DNA of 64,000 nucleotides, from NCBI GenBank assembly GCA_963678065.2, contig CAXXVZ010000002.1, forward strand, positions 608,001 to 672,000, given 5' to 3'. The DNA comes from Treponemataceae bacterium. GTDB lineage: Bacteria > Spirochaetota > Spirochaetia > Treponematales > Rectinemataceae. Positions 49,577 through 59,509 of this stretch are shown here, piece by piece; position 1 is the first letter of the stretch, and each line of letters opens with the position of its first letter. The notes below the pieces were generated by a model. The model was not told where the DNA came from. It did not search any database and saw nothing but the letters and a program-made list of their open reading frames with translations. Made by a program: the position numbers and the translations under genes.

Positions 49577-51654
49577 CTTTCGCCCTCGGCGCTGCCGGTG
49601 ATCCCGGCCAGCATGGCCACGATCTCGCTTTCCAGGGCCTTCACGTCGGCGGCGATATCTTCCAGCGCCCGGGGAGGCTCGTAGCAGTAGAAATGGCGGT
49701 TCATCGGTATTTCGTAGCCCACCTTGGTCTTTCCGTGGTCGATCCAGGCATCCGGCACATGGGGCAGGACTTCGCGCGCAAAGTAGGCTTCGATATTTTC
49801 CTTGAGCGGAACGTTCTCAGTATCGCGCAGATCGGCGTCGGGCTCGGGGTTGCCCCTGGCGTCGCGGCAAATTTCGGCGGTCTCGTCCTTCTCGCCCAGG
49901 GCTTCCATCACGAGCTTCAGTTCCGCCGAGGAGAGACGCAGCCCGGATTTCTGGTCGATGGCTTTAAGCTCCTTCAGGAAGGTGGTCCGGTCCCTGAAGA
50001 GTTTACCCCCGCTGACCGCGCCGAGATCGACCAGCACCGCCTTGATAGCCTCGCGCCGCTTGGTCCCAGCGTCGATCTTCTTGTCGCTCTCGGCGATCTT
50101 CTGAAATCCGCGCAGACCATCGAGGAGGGCGACCCGCTCGGCGCTGGCCTGGAAGTTCAGCCGCAGGGGCCGTTCCACTGTAATCTTGTTGTATCCAAAG
50201 TCCATGTTGTCGAAGATTTTGCTGACGATGACGCGCTTCGTAACTCCATCGACCTCAGTCGCGCGCGTTTCGTCATGTACGAAATTGCCGTAGATCCTGC
50301 TGATCTCGCCGATCTGATCCGGGCGATTTTCTTCGCCGTCGCCGATCTGGTTGCGCTTGTTCCCCAAACTCTTGCGCATCTTGACAGAGAACTCGCGCGC
50401 ATCGATCAGCTGGATCTTCCCCGCCCGTCGCTTTTCTTTCCTGTTGGTGATGATCCAGATGTAGGTCGAAATGCCGGTATTGTAGAAAAGCTGATCCGGC
50501 ATGGCGACGATAGCTTCCAGCCAGTCGTTCTCGATGATCCACTGACGGATATTCGACTCGCCGCTTCCCGCGTCGCCGGTGAAGAGCGGCGATCCGTTGA
50601 ACACGATCCCGATGCGGCTTCCTCCCTCGGCTGGAGAGCGCATTTTCGAAATCATGTGCTGCAGAAAGAGGAAAGAGCCATCGTTTATTCTGGGCAACCC
50701 GGCCCCGAAGCGCCCACCGTAGCCCAGCTTCGCCGCTTCATTTTCGATCGTCTTCTGCTGCTGTTTCCACTCCACGCCGAAGGGCGGATTGGCGAGCATG
50801 TAATCGAAGGTGGCTCCCTTGAATCCATCCTTCTCGAAGCTGCAATCGGGCTTGATGTTGTCGGAGTCCTCGCCCTTGATGAGCATATCAGCCCGGCACA
50901 CCGCGTAGGCTTCGTCGTTCAAGTCCTGACCGTACAGATGAGGCTGGGCTTCGCTGTTCAGGGTTCTGATATAGCGCTCCGCGACCGAGAGCATTCCGCC
51001 CGTGCCGCAGGCCGGATCGTAGATGGTCTTTACGACATGGCTCTTGCGCAGGTCAGTTTCAGGCGAGAGCAGGAGGTTGACCATGAGCTTTATGACTTCG
51101 CGCGGCGTGAAATGCTCTCCGGCCTCCTCGTTCGACTGCTCCGCCCCTATCCGGATGAGTTCCTCGAACACATAGCCCATCTGCATGTTGTCGATATTCC
51201 GCGGAGACAAGTCGATCCTGTCCGAAGCGAATTCCTTGATGACATTGAAGAGCAGATTCTTTTCATTCATTTTTCCGATCTGCTGCCCGAACTCGAACTT
51301 CTCGAATATCTGGCGCACATTTGGCGAAAAGGCATTGATGTAGCTGTTCAGGTTCGGGGCGACCTGATTCGGATCGTCCAGAAGCTTCCCGAAGGTAAGC
51401 CTGGACAGGTTGTAGAACGGCACTCCCGTGATCGTCCGCAACTGGGCGCTGACGATATTCTCCGACTTGCCCTTGAGTCTGTCGTATTCGGCCAGAACCG
51501 CATTCTTGGTCGATTCGAGAATGCAATCAAACCTCCGCAATATCGTCAGCGGCAGGATGACCTTGCGATATTCATTTCGTTTATATGGACCGCGGAGCAG
51601 ATTGCAGATGCTCCAGATGAAATTGGCCGTCTGGGCGTGGGTTTGCTGGGACAT
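49573..51654 (-). CDS. hsdM: Type I methyltransferase subunit M
   Basis: AGEHFTPREV, DPACGTGGM, NPPF, FYNTGI, KTKVGYEIP. Confidence 0.93.
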   Translation of the reverse strand: MSQQTHAQTANFIWSICNLLRGPYKRNEYRKVILPLTILRRFDCILESTKNAVLAEYDRLKGKSENIVSAQLRTITGVPFYNLSRLTFGKLLDDPNQVAPNLNSYINAFSPNVRQIFEKFEFGQQIGKMNEKNLLFNVIKEFASDRIDLSPRNIDNMQMGYVFEELIRIGAEQSNEEAGEHFTPREVIKLMVNLLLSPETDLRKSHVVKTIYDPACGTGGMLSVAERYIRTLNSEAQPHLYGQDLNDEAYAVCRADMLIKGEDSDNIKPDCSFEKDGFKGATFDYMLANPPFGVEWKQQQKTIENEAAKLGYGGRFGAGLPRINDGSFLFLQHMISKMRSPAEGGSRIGIVFNGSPLFTGDAGSGESNIRQWIIENDWLEAIVAMPDQLFYNTGISTYIWIITNRKEKRRAGKIQLIDAREFSVKMRKSLGNKRNQIGDGEENRPDQIGEISRIYGNFVHDETRATEVDGVTKRVIVSKIFDNMDFGYNKITVERPLRLNFQASAERVALLDGLRGFQKIAESDKKIDAGTKRREAIKAVLVDLGAVSGGKLFRDRTTFLKELKAIDQKSGLRLSSAELKLVMEALGEKDETAEICRDARGNPEPDADLRDTENVPLKENIEAYFAREVLPHVPDAWIDHGKTKVGYEIPMNRHFYCYEPPRALEDIAADVKALESEIVAMLAGITGSAEGER

Positions 51655-51667
51655 CGGATTATTTCCT

Positions 51668-52606
51668 TTATCGGGATTCAGTTAATTTTTTCGACTTGAT
51701 GATCGAATAGCCTGATTTTATAAGACTGACGATGTATTCCAGCTCGGAATCATCGGAAATCTGGATTTCATAATCTCCATTTCCATGATGCCCGATTCCG
51801 GAAACATCCCGGGCTACGCCCTTATGGTCGTCGAGTTCGCCTAGCGAAAGATTGATCCAGATTTTGATCGATTTTTTCTGGATCGCGATGTCGCAAAAAT
51901 TGGTAGATGAGACAAACGCGATGTACAACTTCGTAGGTCGCACCTGGATATCATCCGCGATATTGAGAATGTAGGACTTGAACTTGTCGTACAGTTCAGA
52001 AGTCGCGGGTGAGCCATTTGCCAGCTGATCGTCTTCCGAGTAGACCTTGATCTCTTTCGCTACCGTGTCGAGATCATCTGTCGGCTTGGCGATTGTCGCG
52101 ATTGATTCGGTCGCTCCCTTTGTCACCACGCGATTGAAAGAAATCGTGTTGTTGGAATACCGTCGAATCTCCCACAACTCGATCGGAAGGTCCCTGAAAT
52201 TGATCGCTTCTTTTTGATAGGTGGTAAAGGAGGGGGCAATAAAAATAACTCTTGATTGCGACCAGTCGACTTCGTTCCGCTTTAGGTTCTTCCTGGTAGA
52301 TTCATTGTACTCGAGGATAAAATCGGCCTTGTTGTTGAGCATCAAGGAAAGATACGCATAGCCTTGATCGATGACGCTGTAATTCCTGTCGCGCTTGTAT
52401 TCGATGACGATGAATGCGCGGGAATCCCCATCATAAGCCAGCGAGTCGATTCTGAACTCGCCCATCCTGAACTCGCTCCGGACAAAATCAAGCCCCAATA
52501 ATGATTTCAGATTATTTTCGCATATCGACTGGATTTCTTTTTCCAGCGTGAATGGCAGTTCCTCTATTGTCTGCAATTGGTTTTCCATCTGTCGATATAA
52601 TGCCAT
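51668..52606 (-). CDS. PD-(D/E)xK nuclease-like domain plus DUF5655-like C-terminal domain
   Basis: RIDSLAYD...IEYKR...QGYAY; C-terminal KLYIAF...RDVSGIGHHGNGD. Confidence 0.7.
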   Translation of the reverse strand: MALYRQMENQLQTIEELPFTLEKEIQSICENNLKSLLGLDFVRSEFRMGEFRIDSLAYDGDSRAFIVIEYKRDRNYSVIDQGYAYLSLMLNNKADFILEYNESTRKNLKRNEVDWSQSRVIFIAPSFTTYQKEAINFRDLPIELWEIRRYSNNTISFNRVVTKGATESIATIAKPTDDLDTVAKEIKVYSEDDQLANGSPATSELYDKFKSYILNIADDIQVRPTKLYIAFVSSTNFCDIAIQKKSIKIWINLSLGELDDHKGVARDVSGIGHHGNGDYEIQISDDSELEYIVSLIKSGYSIIKSKKLTESR

Positions 52607-52651
52607 GTTCTTTCCTCTCCATTTTCAGAAATCAGGGAATGAAAAATCAAG

Positions 52652-52757
52652 TTACAATGATGGCTTGACCTGCGACGCGGTCTGGTGTGGTTCCTGCATT
52701 GTTGTTCTTGCAGGAACCATGACAATGCCCTGAATCAGGTTGAAGCGATTAGTATAT
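52652..52757 (-). repeat. attC-like site downstream of the nuclease-ATPase-S1 gene
   Basis: + strand GCTTGACCTG...GGTTCCTGCA/TGCAGGAACC...CAGGTTGAAGCG, immediately after the stop codon. Confidence 0.65.
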
Positions 52758-52760
52758 TTT

Positions 52761-55388
52761 CTACGCTTCCTTAATTGGTTCAATATCAAATCGTTTATGA
52801 ATTTCGTTAAATCCGAGAATTTTCGCTTTTATAATATCCCCAGATTCAATTCCCATCGTTTTTAGGCTTGTCGGGGAAAACCCTTTCCCATTTAAACCAA
52901 AAACAGTAAATACGCCATATCCCTCGACGTGTATAACTTGTGTATCAATTATGCTGCCCTTTGGATATTGCTCTTTGAGTCGTTCATAATCAATGAATGA
53001 ATCATCTTCGCTAACCCTCTTTTCCATCCAATCCTTTAGCGCAAATATATTAGAGTACTTAGGCGAAGTTTTTTCATCTAGATACTTATCATATTTGTAA
53101 TTGCTATTATCATAATACTCAAACAGGTAATTAACTACGCTTCTTGCGTTTTCCAAAATTGACTGGTGACTTAAGAAAGGAAAACTATCTTTTCTAATTA
53201 AATTATCTGCAATTTTTCGAGCTCGACTTTCATCATTATATAAGGTATCTTCAGAAATAAATGCTAAATAAAATATGTTTTGTATTAGTTCTAGATGCAT
53301 CAATCCGCCTGCAGTTATCGATACCAGCTCGCTCTCTTCTGGAATATGCTTAATTTGAGTTTCCGACACTATGCAATCTGCCAGAATGAGCTCTTGTACT
53401 TCTTTTTCAATCCTTGCCTCTGCATGACCTAAAAGCATTAGCTCTGCTTTTAGGTCACTATATCTATGATATCCCCTAGCATTTGCTGCAAATGTAGAAT
53501 CCCTATGAGCGGCAAGCCATTCAAGTATGGCTTCTCTTGCAAATGGATCCGGGAGTTCGTCATCTTTGCTCATTTTATATACATTTTTTACTCTCGAAGA
53601 TTCATCGTCATAAAACCTTTTAGTACCTTTAATAATTATCTGCATTGTTGCTAGCACGGGTATCATTTGATTTCCTGCATTCTGCCTTATTCTTACTATT
53701 GTATCCTCTAAAATGTATCCACTCTTGCAGAAATCTAGAAATATTTCCAATCCTTTTCGAATGTCTCTACCGGCTAGCCCGATAAATAAGCGTTTTGTTA
53801 AATCAGTCTGAAAAATTGATTGTAGAATTGCCTTAAGATAAATAACGACATCATCAGACTTGCATAATATTCTCATACCATTTCTAGTCGTATAATGGAA
53901 ATCTCTATGATCTTTAGAAACTTCTCTTACGACATAATCTAGTCTAGCCTGTAAAACTTGATCAAGAAATGGCGGATCGATTCTAAACATTAAATCTTTT
54001 ATCGCAGTATCAAGCGGCGGAGTTCTTCTATATTGATCGAATGTTGTATCCCTAAGCGGAAGAAAAACCATACAGTGGAACGAATTCTTAATCCAATTAG
54101 CGACATCGAACATCAACAACTGAAGGTCCCTACTACGTTTATCAGAATTATCAAGAACAATTATTGGAGATATTTTTCTCTCCGCGTAGTAATATCTTAA
54201 TAAGGCATTTAATGTCTTTATCTTATCGCTTAATAATCTTGATAAAAGATCGTATAGTTCAGACTTGTATTTTTCCGATTCTTTTCCATAAATCGATATT
54301 GGCCCTTTTTCAAAAGTCTTAATCTCATTATGGAATATTTTGAGTTGTACTTTATAATCATCAATATCTTCACCGCATTTTTCTTTAATTTGACTAATTG
54401 CCTGTTCTAATACCCAGGAATAAATAATCTCACTTGATTCAGGAGCATCATTCATATTTAAGTTGATCCATACAGTACTGGCTCTTGTGCTCTCATCTAG
54501 TGCTTTATAGTGCAAATAGTCAACGAATGTTGATTTCCCGGAACCCACACTTCCAATCAAGATGCAGACTTCATGCTTATATCTATGAATATCTTTGATG
54601 GTTTCTAGTAGTTCTACAGGCTTACCTGTATCCATAATCTTTTTTACTTCAGTAATATCAATTGCTGAAGCTCTTCTAATAATTTTTTCAATCGGATTTA
54701 CATGAGAATCTCTCTTCTTTGATTCAACGTAAGCATTTAATACGATATTTTTTCGATCTTCTTCATTTGATGGGTTATAGACATATTTGTAATCTATGGC
54801 AATGTTTGTTCCAAAGCTATTATCTCCAATTACTTCAGAGGCTGCCGCTTTACCTCCAAGTAAATACACTGGCTTAATTAGACGTCCTTTGCCTCTTATT
54901 TTTTTTAGTACTTCAGTAGCGATATTTTCAATATTTTCTTTACACGCACGTTTAATAAATTCGTAATAGCTTTTTTGAGATGCGCACATATCTTTTGCGC
55001 TAAACACTATTTCTGGTTCTTCTGTATCCCATGTTCCAATACAAGTCTTCAGATAGTTAGTGGCAACTATCAGCGAGCATGGGTTAATATTTGACGGATA
55101 AAACCCGTTTATTTCACACGCATACAATCTAGCTTCTCTATAACCGACAAGAATATCTTCCTTGGGGCTTTTCGCCTCAATTACCATAATCGGCAAACCG
55201 TTCGAAATAACTACATAGTCTGGGAAATACACCTTTCTACTACTTCCCTTGCCAATTTCCAGTTTTCGCAAATTTTCTTTTGTGCGAAAATCAGAATATT
55301 TATAACCAAGCCCTATCGGGTGAACCTGAACGAGAAGTGGCGCGATAAATTTCTGTTCAACATCACTTTCATTAGTAATTGCTTCCAC
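52761..55388 (-). CDS. HSDR_N-like PD-(D/E)xK nuclease + P-loop ATPase + C-terminal S1-like domain; putative defence protein
   Basis: ESDVEQK, FPD...IEAK; GSVGSGKST, IIVLDN; YPKGSIIDTQVIHVEGYGVF; AT-rich. Confidence 0.7.
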   Translation of the reverse strand: MEAITNESDVEQKFIAPLLVQVHPIGLGYKYSDFRTKENLRKLEIGKGSSRKVYFPDYVVISNGLPIMVIEAKSPKEDILVGYREARLYACEINGFYPSNINPCSLIVATNYLKTCIGTWDTEEPEIVFSAKDMCASQKSYYEFIKRACKENIENIATEVLKKIRGKGRLIKPVYLLGGKAAASEVIGDNSFGTNIAIDYKYVYNPSNEEDRKNIVLNAYVESKKRDSHVNPIEKIIRRASAIDITEVKKIMDTGKPVELLETIKDIHRYKHEVCILIGSVGSGKSTFVDYLHYKALDESTRASTVWINLNMNDAPESSEIIYSWVLEQAISQIKEKCGEDIDDYKVQLKIFHNEIKTFEKGPISIYGKESEKYKSELYDLLSRLLSDKIKTLNALLRYYYAERKISPIIVLDNSDKRSRDLQLLMFDVANWIKNSFHCMVFLPLRDTTFDQYRRTPPLDTAIKDLMFRIDPPFLDQVLQARLDYVVREVSKDHRDFHYTTRNGMRILCKSDDVVIYLKAILQSIFQTDLTKRLFIGLAGRDIRKGLEIFLDFCKSGYILEDTIVRIRQNAGNQMIPVLATMQIIIKGTKRFYDDESSRVKNVYKMSKDDELPDPFAREAILEWLAAHRDSTFAANARGYHRYSDLKAELMLLGHAEARIEKEVQELILADCIVSETQIKHIPEESELVSITAGGLMHLELIQNIFYLAFISEDTLYNDESRARKIADNLIRKDSFPFLSHQSILENARSVVNYLFEYYDNSNYKYDKYLDEKTSPKYSNIFALKDWMEKRVSEDDSFIDYERLKEQYPKGSIIDTQVIHVEGYGVFTVFGLNGKGFSPTSLKTMGIESGDIIKAKILGFNEIHKRFDIEPIKEA

Positions 55389-55428
55389 ATTGTTCTCCAG
55401 TTTTCAATTCTACTAACATGAAAAATAA

Positions 55429-55494
55429 ATCTATCGTTGATTTGACCCGCGAAGGGGCTTGCCCCCTGAGTCGGTGTCGAAATCTTTGTTCGAT
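55429..55494 (-). repeat. attC-like site downstream of the PHP-ATPase
   Basis: + strand TTGACCCGCGAAGGGGCTTGCCCC...GTCGG...TTGTTCGAT, similar to 30611-30673. Confidence 0.6.
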
Positions 55495-55516
55495 GAGCTT
55501 TGGATTTGCTCACTTC

Positions 55517-58252
55517 CTATCCACTTAGCGCCTTCGAAATCCGGTAGTAACGTCTATCTAGAGCATCACGGCCGCCTTCCATAACTTCACAAACGGCCGT
55601 TCGAATCCCCTTGTCTTGGAGTGCATTGTTAGCTGATACGACAATCTGTCCAGATACGAATTCCATGTGGACGACATTGTCAGAATTGGCGTTTACGGTG
55701 ATATTTGGATTGTGTGTTACTACCACCAGTTGTCTAGATTGTTTCAGTTTCTTGAGGCCGTCGACAACGAAATTTGAGATCAGTTTGGAATCAAGATCGT
55801 CTTCAGGCTGGTCAATGATCAAAGGATTGTCATTGATTGCGAGCAATAGACCTAACATTCCAGCGGTTCGTTCACCGGCCGAACCTGACTGAATATCTTC
55901 TTCTTTCCCTTGCTTTCTGAATTTTAGGACCAACTTGTCTTCTGGTACCCATATCAATATTCGGTCTATGTCCTCTGGTGTTGTTGCCTTCAGGTAGTCG
56001 AGATGCTTCGCGAGTCTCATGTCCAAGTTCTTTTTGTCTTGTTCACTAGCAGACAAGAACTCGAGGATCGCAGCGTCTCTTTTCGCCCAACGAGAAGCCT
56101 CCGGCTCGTTGATGATTTCCGCAATCAGTCCCTTGCTTGTTCTCTTTTCGTCATCGTACACATAGAGATCGTTTGCAAATTCGCCACCTGTCTTTCGTAG
56201 GAGCTCTCGGAACGTAGCTACCGCGCCCTCAGGATCGCCCATACTATGAAGTTCAATTGTCAAAAACGGATTCTTTTGATCATCGATAGTTTTCCAACGT
56301 CCAATAACTTCCCGACGCATTCTCCGTAGATCTTGTTCTTTTCCAATGATGTCGACGTACAGGGCTCTCAGTTCATTCTGGAGTTTGGAGAGTTGCTCCT
56401 TCTGGCTTGAAATATTCGCCAATTTCTCACTAATTCCTGCTCGTCGTTGAAGCAAAGTCTCGTATGTATCTGTCCCTAGTTCCCCAATCTGGTCCGCGAT
56501 GCCGTCGTATGATGACTTTGCGTTCATGTAGTCTACGAACCAGTTCAAGGTCTTTGTCAAAGCGTCAAGATTCTCGCCATAAGGCCGAAGAACCTCTTCG
56601 GCTTCTAAAAGCTTTGCCTTAGCCGATTGCAGAGCAGCGTTCAATGTCTCTACGAACTCGAGCGAATCTCCAGTGATTGTGTCGAGAATATTTTCAGGAA
56701 TTTCAACTCGAGGTACTGCATTTTCAAAGATCAATAGCTGATCAATGAAACTCGAGACATCGGTCGATATATCAGAAAAGAATCTACTAGTTTCGGACAG
56801 CTTATTGAACTTTTCCAGAATTTCCTTAAACTCTGAACTCTCAAAGAGAGCTATCCTATTGTTCGTCTGTTTGAGTTGTGCGGAAATATTTGGTTCTTCG
56901 GAGATGGCGTTATGGAGTTGCCTTCGGGCGGCGCGACCGGCCAGCCAACGTTCAATTAATTGATTTTGCTCGGCAGACCACAGAGCCTTGTCAAACTGAG
57001 AATCAATAAGTTCGAGCAACTTCTGAGGATCACCAGTAACTGAATAGAGTTCTTTCTGCGAGAATATCTGAATAGGGAAAAGTTCCTTAATGTTCGATAC
57101 TGAAGTTACTGCACTCCATGTAGATGAATCATGTTCCCGTTCTTCCAATGTGTGAAGGTAGTTGTGCCATCGAATACGATGGACTTTTGCATCCTTGACA
57201 ATTTCGACGACTATTTCAGTTGCCGGCCTGAGCATTCCCGGGCTGTCTTTCTTTCCCAATGAATAGAACTTTCTAAATTCTCCATCAATTTCCTCAGGCA
57301 TTTCATCAATACGGTTCATCGCGATCCTCAAGTAGTTGAGGACCGACGATTCCCCTGAGCCACGGCCGCCAATTATCGAAGTGAGCCATGGGCTAAACTC
57401 CGCCGACATCGGAGTGCCATTTCCGGCTTTGTAGCCATTAACTATCGAGACTGATTTGATGAAATAACGGGATAGAATCTGATTTGGGTCATTTTTTGTC
57501 ACCTCATGTCGAATCAAACCATCGTCACCATCATGAAGTGCCAATTTTAGCGCATCAAGCGATGGAGACCCCATTTTCACCCATGTAAATCTTGAGCCAA
57601 CCTGATCGGCGATATGACTATCCGATCCAATTATTTCCGAAAGACTTAGTTTGCTTTGGACATAGATGTCGGGCTTGAGAACCGAAGGATCAATCACTTC
57701 GATGGCCAATAGTCCCTCAACAGCAAGAGATTGCTTGAGAGTGTTCCCGTCTTCCTTTGTAAAGAGCCCGCATGGTCCGTCCACATGCGCGGGTACAGCT
57801 ATACCACCAGCTAGATGGATTTTTTGGATAACCTCTACAACAGTTTTATTGGTCACCGCGTCAGAAGTTCCAAATTGATCTGAAGGAAATCCAACCGATC
57901 CCAGAAGGGCATGGACTTTCTTTGTATCTGCAGTAGGGTCGAAGATAGCAAGTAAATGTGTATTTCCGGAGGCAGAAATCTCAACGCCAGGAAACAGCCA
58001 TAGTTTTCGATAGCCCTTCGCCTTTTCTTCTTCCAATTCCCAAAGTGCACGTTTTAGAATGTCAATCCAGTCGCCGGTGTTGTGATCGGTTATGGCGACA
58101 CAGTCTATTTCCTGAGCCATGTACATTAGTAGCCAGTCTTTGGCGGAGATGTTCTTGTACGCGGCGTCGCCTTTTCCAAAATCTTTCGAAGCAGGCGTGT
58201 GATTGTGAAAGTCGAACTTCCACCAAAGGGCACCATGAATCAGATGTTTCAC
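55517..58252 (-). CDS. PHP phosphoesterase + SMC/ABC-like ATPase (TrlF/Ppl-like)
   Basis: DFHNHT, TDHN, AHVD, SDSH; GGRGSGES, SAGE, IDQPEDDLD, VTHN. Confidence 0.85.
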   Translation of the reverse strand: MKHLIHGALWWKFDFHNHTPASKDFGKGDAAYKNISAKDWLLMYMAQEIDCVAITDHNTGDWIDILKRALWELEEEKAKGYRKLWLFPGVEISASGNTHLLAIFDPTADTKKVHALLGSVGFPSDQFGTSDAVTNKTVVEVIQKIHLAGGIAVPAHVDGPCGLFTKEDGNTLKQSLAVEGLLAIEVIDPSVLKPDIYVQSKLSLSEIIGSDSHIADQVGSRFTWVKMGSPSLDALKLALHDGDDGLIRHEVTKNDPNQILSRYFIKSVSIVNGYKAGNGTPMSAEFSPWLTSIIGGRGSGESSVLNYLRIAMNRIDEMPEEIDGEFRKFYSLGKKDSPGMLRPATEIVVEIVKDAKVHRIRWHNYLHTLEEREHDSSTWSAVTSVSNIKELFPIQIFSQKELYSVTGDPQKLLELIDSQFDKALWSAEQNQLIERWLAGRAARRQLHNAISEEPNISAQLKQTNNRIALFESSEFKEILEKFNKLSETSRFFSDISTDVSSFIDQLLIFENAVPRVEIPENILDTITGDSLEFVETLNAALQSAKAKLLEAEEVLRPYGENLDALTKTLNWFVDYMNAKSSYDGIADQIGELGTDTYETLLQRRAGISEKLANISSQKEQLSKLQNELRALYVDIIGKEQDLRRMRREVIGRWKTIDDQKNPFLTIELHSMGDPEGAVATFRELLRKTGGEFANDLYVYDDEKRTSKGLIAEIINEPEASRWAKRDAAILEFLSASEQDKKNLDMRLAKHLDYLKATTPEDIDRILIWVPEDKLVLKFRKQGKEEDIQSGSAGERTAGMLGLLLAINDNPLIIDQPEDDLDSKLISNFVVDGLKKLKQSRQLVVVTHNPNITVNANSDNVVHMEFVSGQIVVSANNALQDKGIRTAVCEVMEGGRDALDRRYYRISKALSG

Positions 58253-58436
58253 GCCTTGATCTCCTATTTCAACATATTAGCTGCGTGCGCCACAGGCGTC
58301 CACCTAACGCCATGTTCAACCGATCCTCACAAGATGATTCTTCAGATAAAACACTAACAGGATTTCTATCTGAACCATATAGCTTGTTCTATATCATAGA
58401 CATTCTATCTGGCACGATCTAAAGATCACCGCATCC

Positions 58437-58464
58437 ATTATACCCGCCGACACCGGGTTTGCAA
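58437..58464 (-). promoter_or_regulatory. Sigma70-type promoter pointing into the defence genes
   Basis: Minus strand TTGCAA-N16-TATAAT. Confidence 0.65.
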
Positions 58465-58568
58465 TAATTATTCACAACAAAACCACTTCCCCGTTTTTCA
58501 TGACAGCAAAACAGAAAGAACCACCCATTACCCCAGCCAACCATCCGGCATATCCCGGTTCCTTACGA

Positions 58569-58597
58569 TTGACACCCCCTCCCCGCCCTTCTATCTT
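58569..58597 (+). promoter_or_regulatory. Sigma70-type promoter for the HAD gene
   Basis: TTGACA-N17-TATCTT. Confidence 0.6.
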
Positions 58598-58657
58598 TCA
58601 CCTTCAGCCACAGCCGCTCCCGCGCTGCTGCGCAGGCATAAGCAAACCGGAGGACAG

Positions 58658-59348
58658 TTGAAACCCTACAAAGTTCTCTTTCTCGACGCGGACGACACCC
58701 TCTTTGACTTCCGCGTGGCCGAGACGCAGGCTTTCGAGCGCTCCTTCGCGGAGTTCGATCTGGTCGCGGCGCCGGATGTCGTAGACACTAGGCGCCTACG
58801 GGCTCATCAACAAGGCGCTGTGGAAGAAGCTGGAGCGGGGCGAGACGACGCAGGAGCGGCTGAAGGTGGAGCGTTTCGAGCTTCTGTTCCGACAGGTCGG
58901 GATCGACGTCGATCCGGTCGATTTCTGCGAGACCTTCGTGCGCTGGCTCGGCGCGGGCACCTTTCTCCTTCCGGGGGCGCGGGAACTCTGCGAGTACTTG
59001 AGCGCGCGCTACAGGCTCGCCATCGTCACGAACGGGATCGCGCAGGTGCAGCGCGCGAGATTCGAGGCCTCGTCGATACGCGGTTTCGTCGACGCGATCG
59101 TGATCTCCGAAGAAGTGAAGTGCTCCAAGCCCGGCGTCGGGATTTTCGAACACGCCTGCGCGGCCATGGGCTTCTTCGACAAGGGCGGCATTTTGATGAT
59201 CGGCGACTCGCTCGCCTCCGACATCCAGGGCGGCGTCAATTTCGGGATCGACACCTGCTGGCTCAACCCCTCGCGCTCGCCCCGCCCGGGCGATCCCGCG
59301 CCCACATGGGAAGCGCACAGCCTGGCGGAGATCGGGCGGCTTCTGTAA
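58658..59348 (+). pseudogene. YjjG-like HAD nucleotidase, frameshifted
   Basis: DADDTLFDF; shifted frame TNG, KP, IGDSLASDI; 7-nt insertion at 58785-58791. Confidence 0.85.
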
Positions 59349-59509
59349 TTCGCGCTCCTTCGATACCTTCGACGTCAGCCCCGATTGCGGCGCGAAGCTT
59401 CCGGATATCGTTTTGTGCCTCTGACTGTCGGCGCACAGGTGGGCGCAACGAAGGCCAAAGAGTCGCCAGCTTCGTTGGCGACTGATGAGCGTGGGCAGTG
59501 CTGTTAGAC

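Noticed and set aside
40952..51654. Two-methyltransferase m4C/m6A type I system
   Set aside because: Both subunits have NPPF, belong to different families and are not adjacent
41264..51699. Long plus-strand ORFs 41264-42613 and 49693-51699
   Set aside because: Antisense shadows of the two GC-rich hsdM genes
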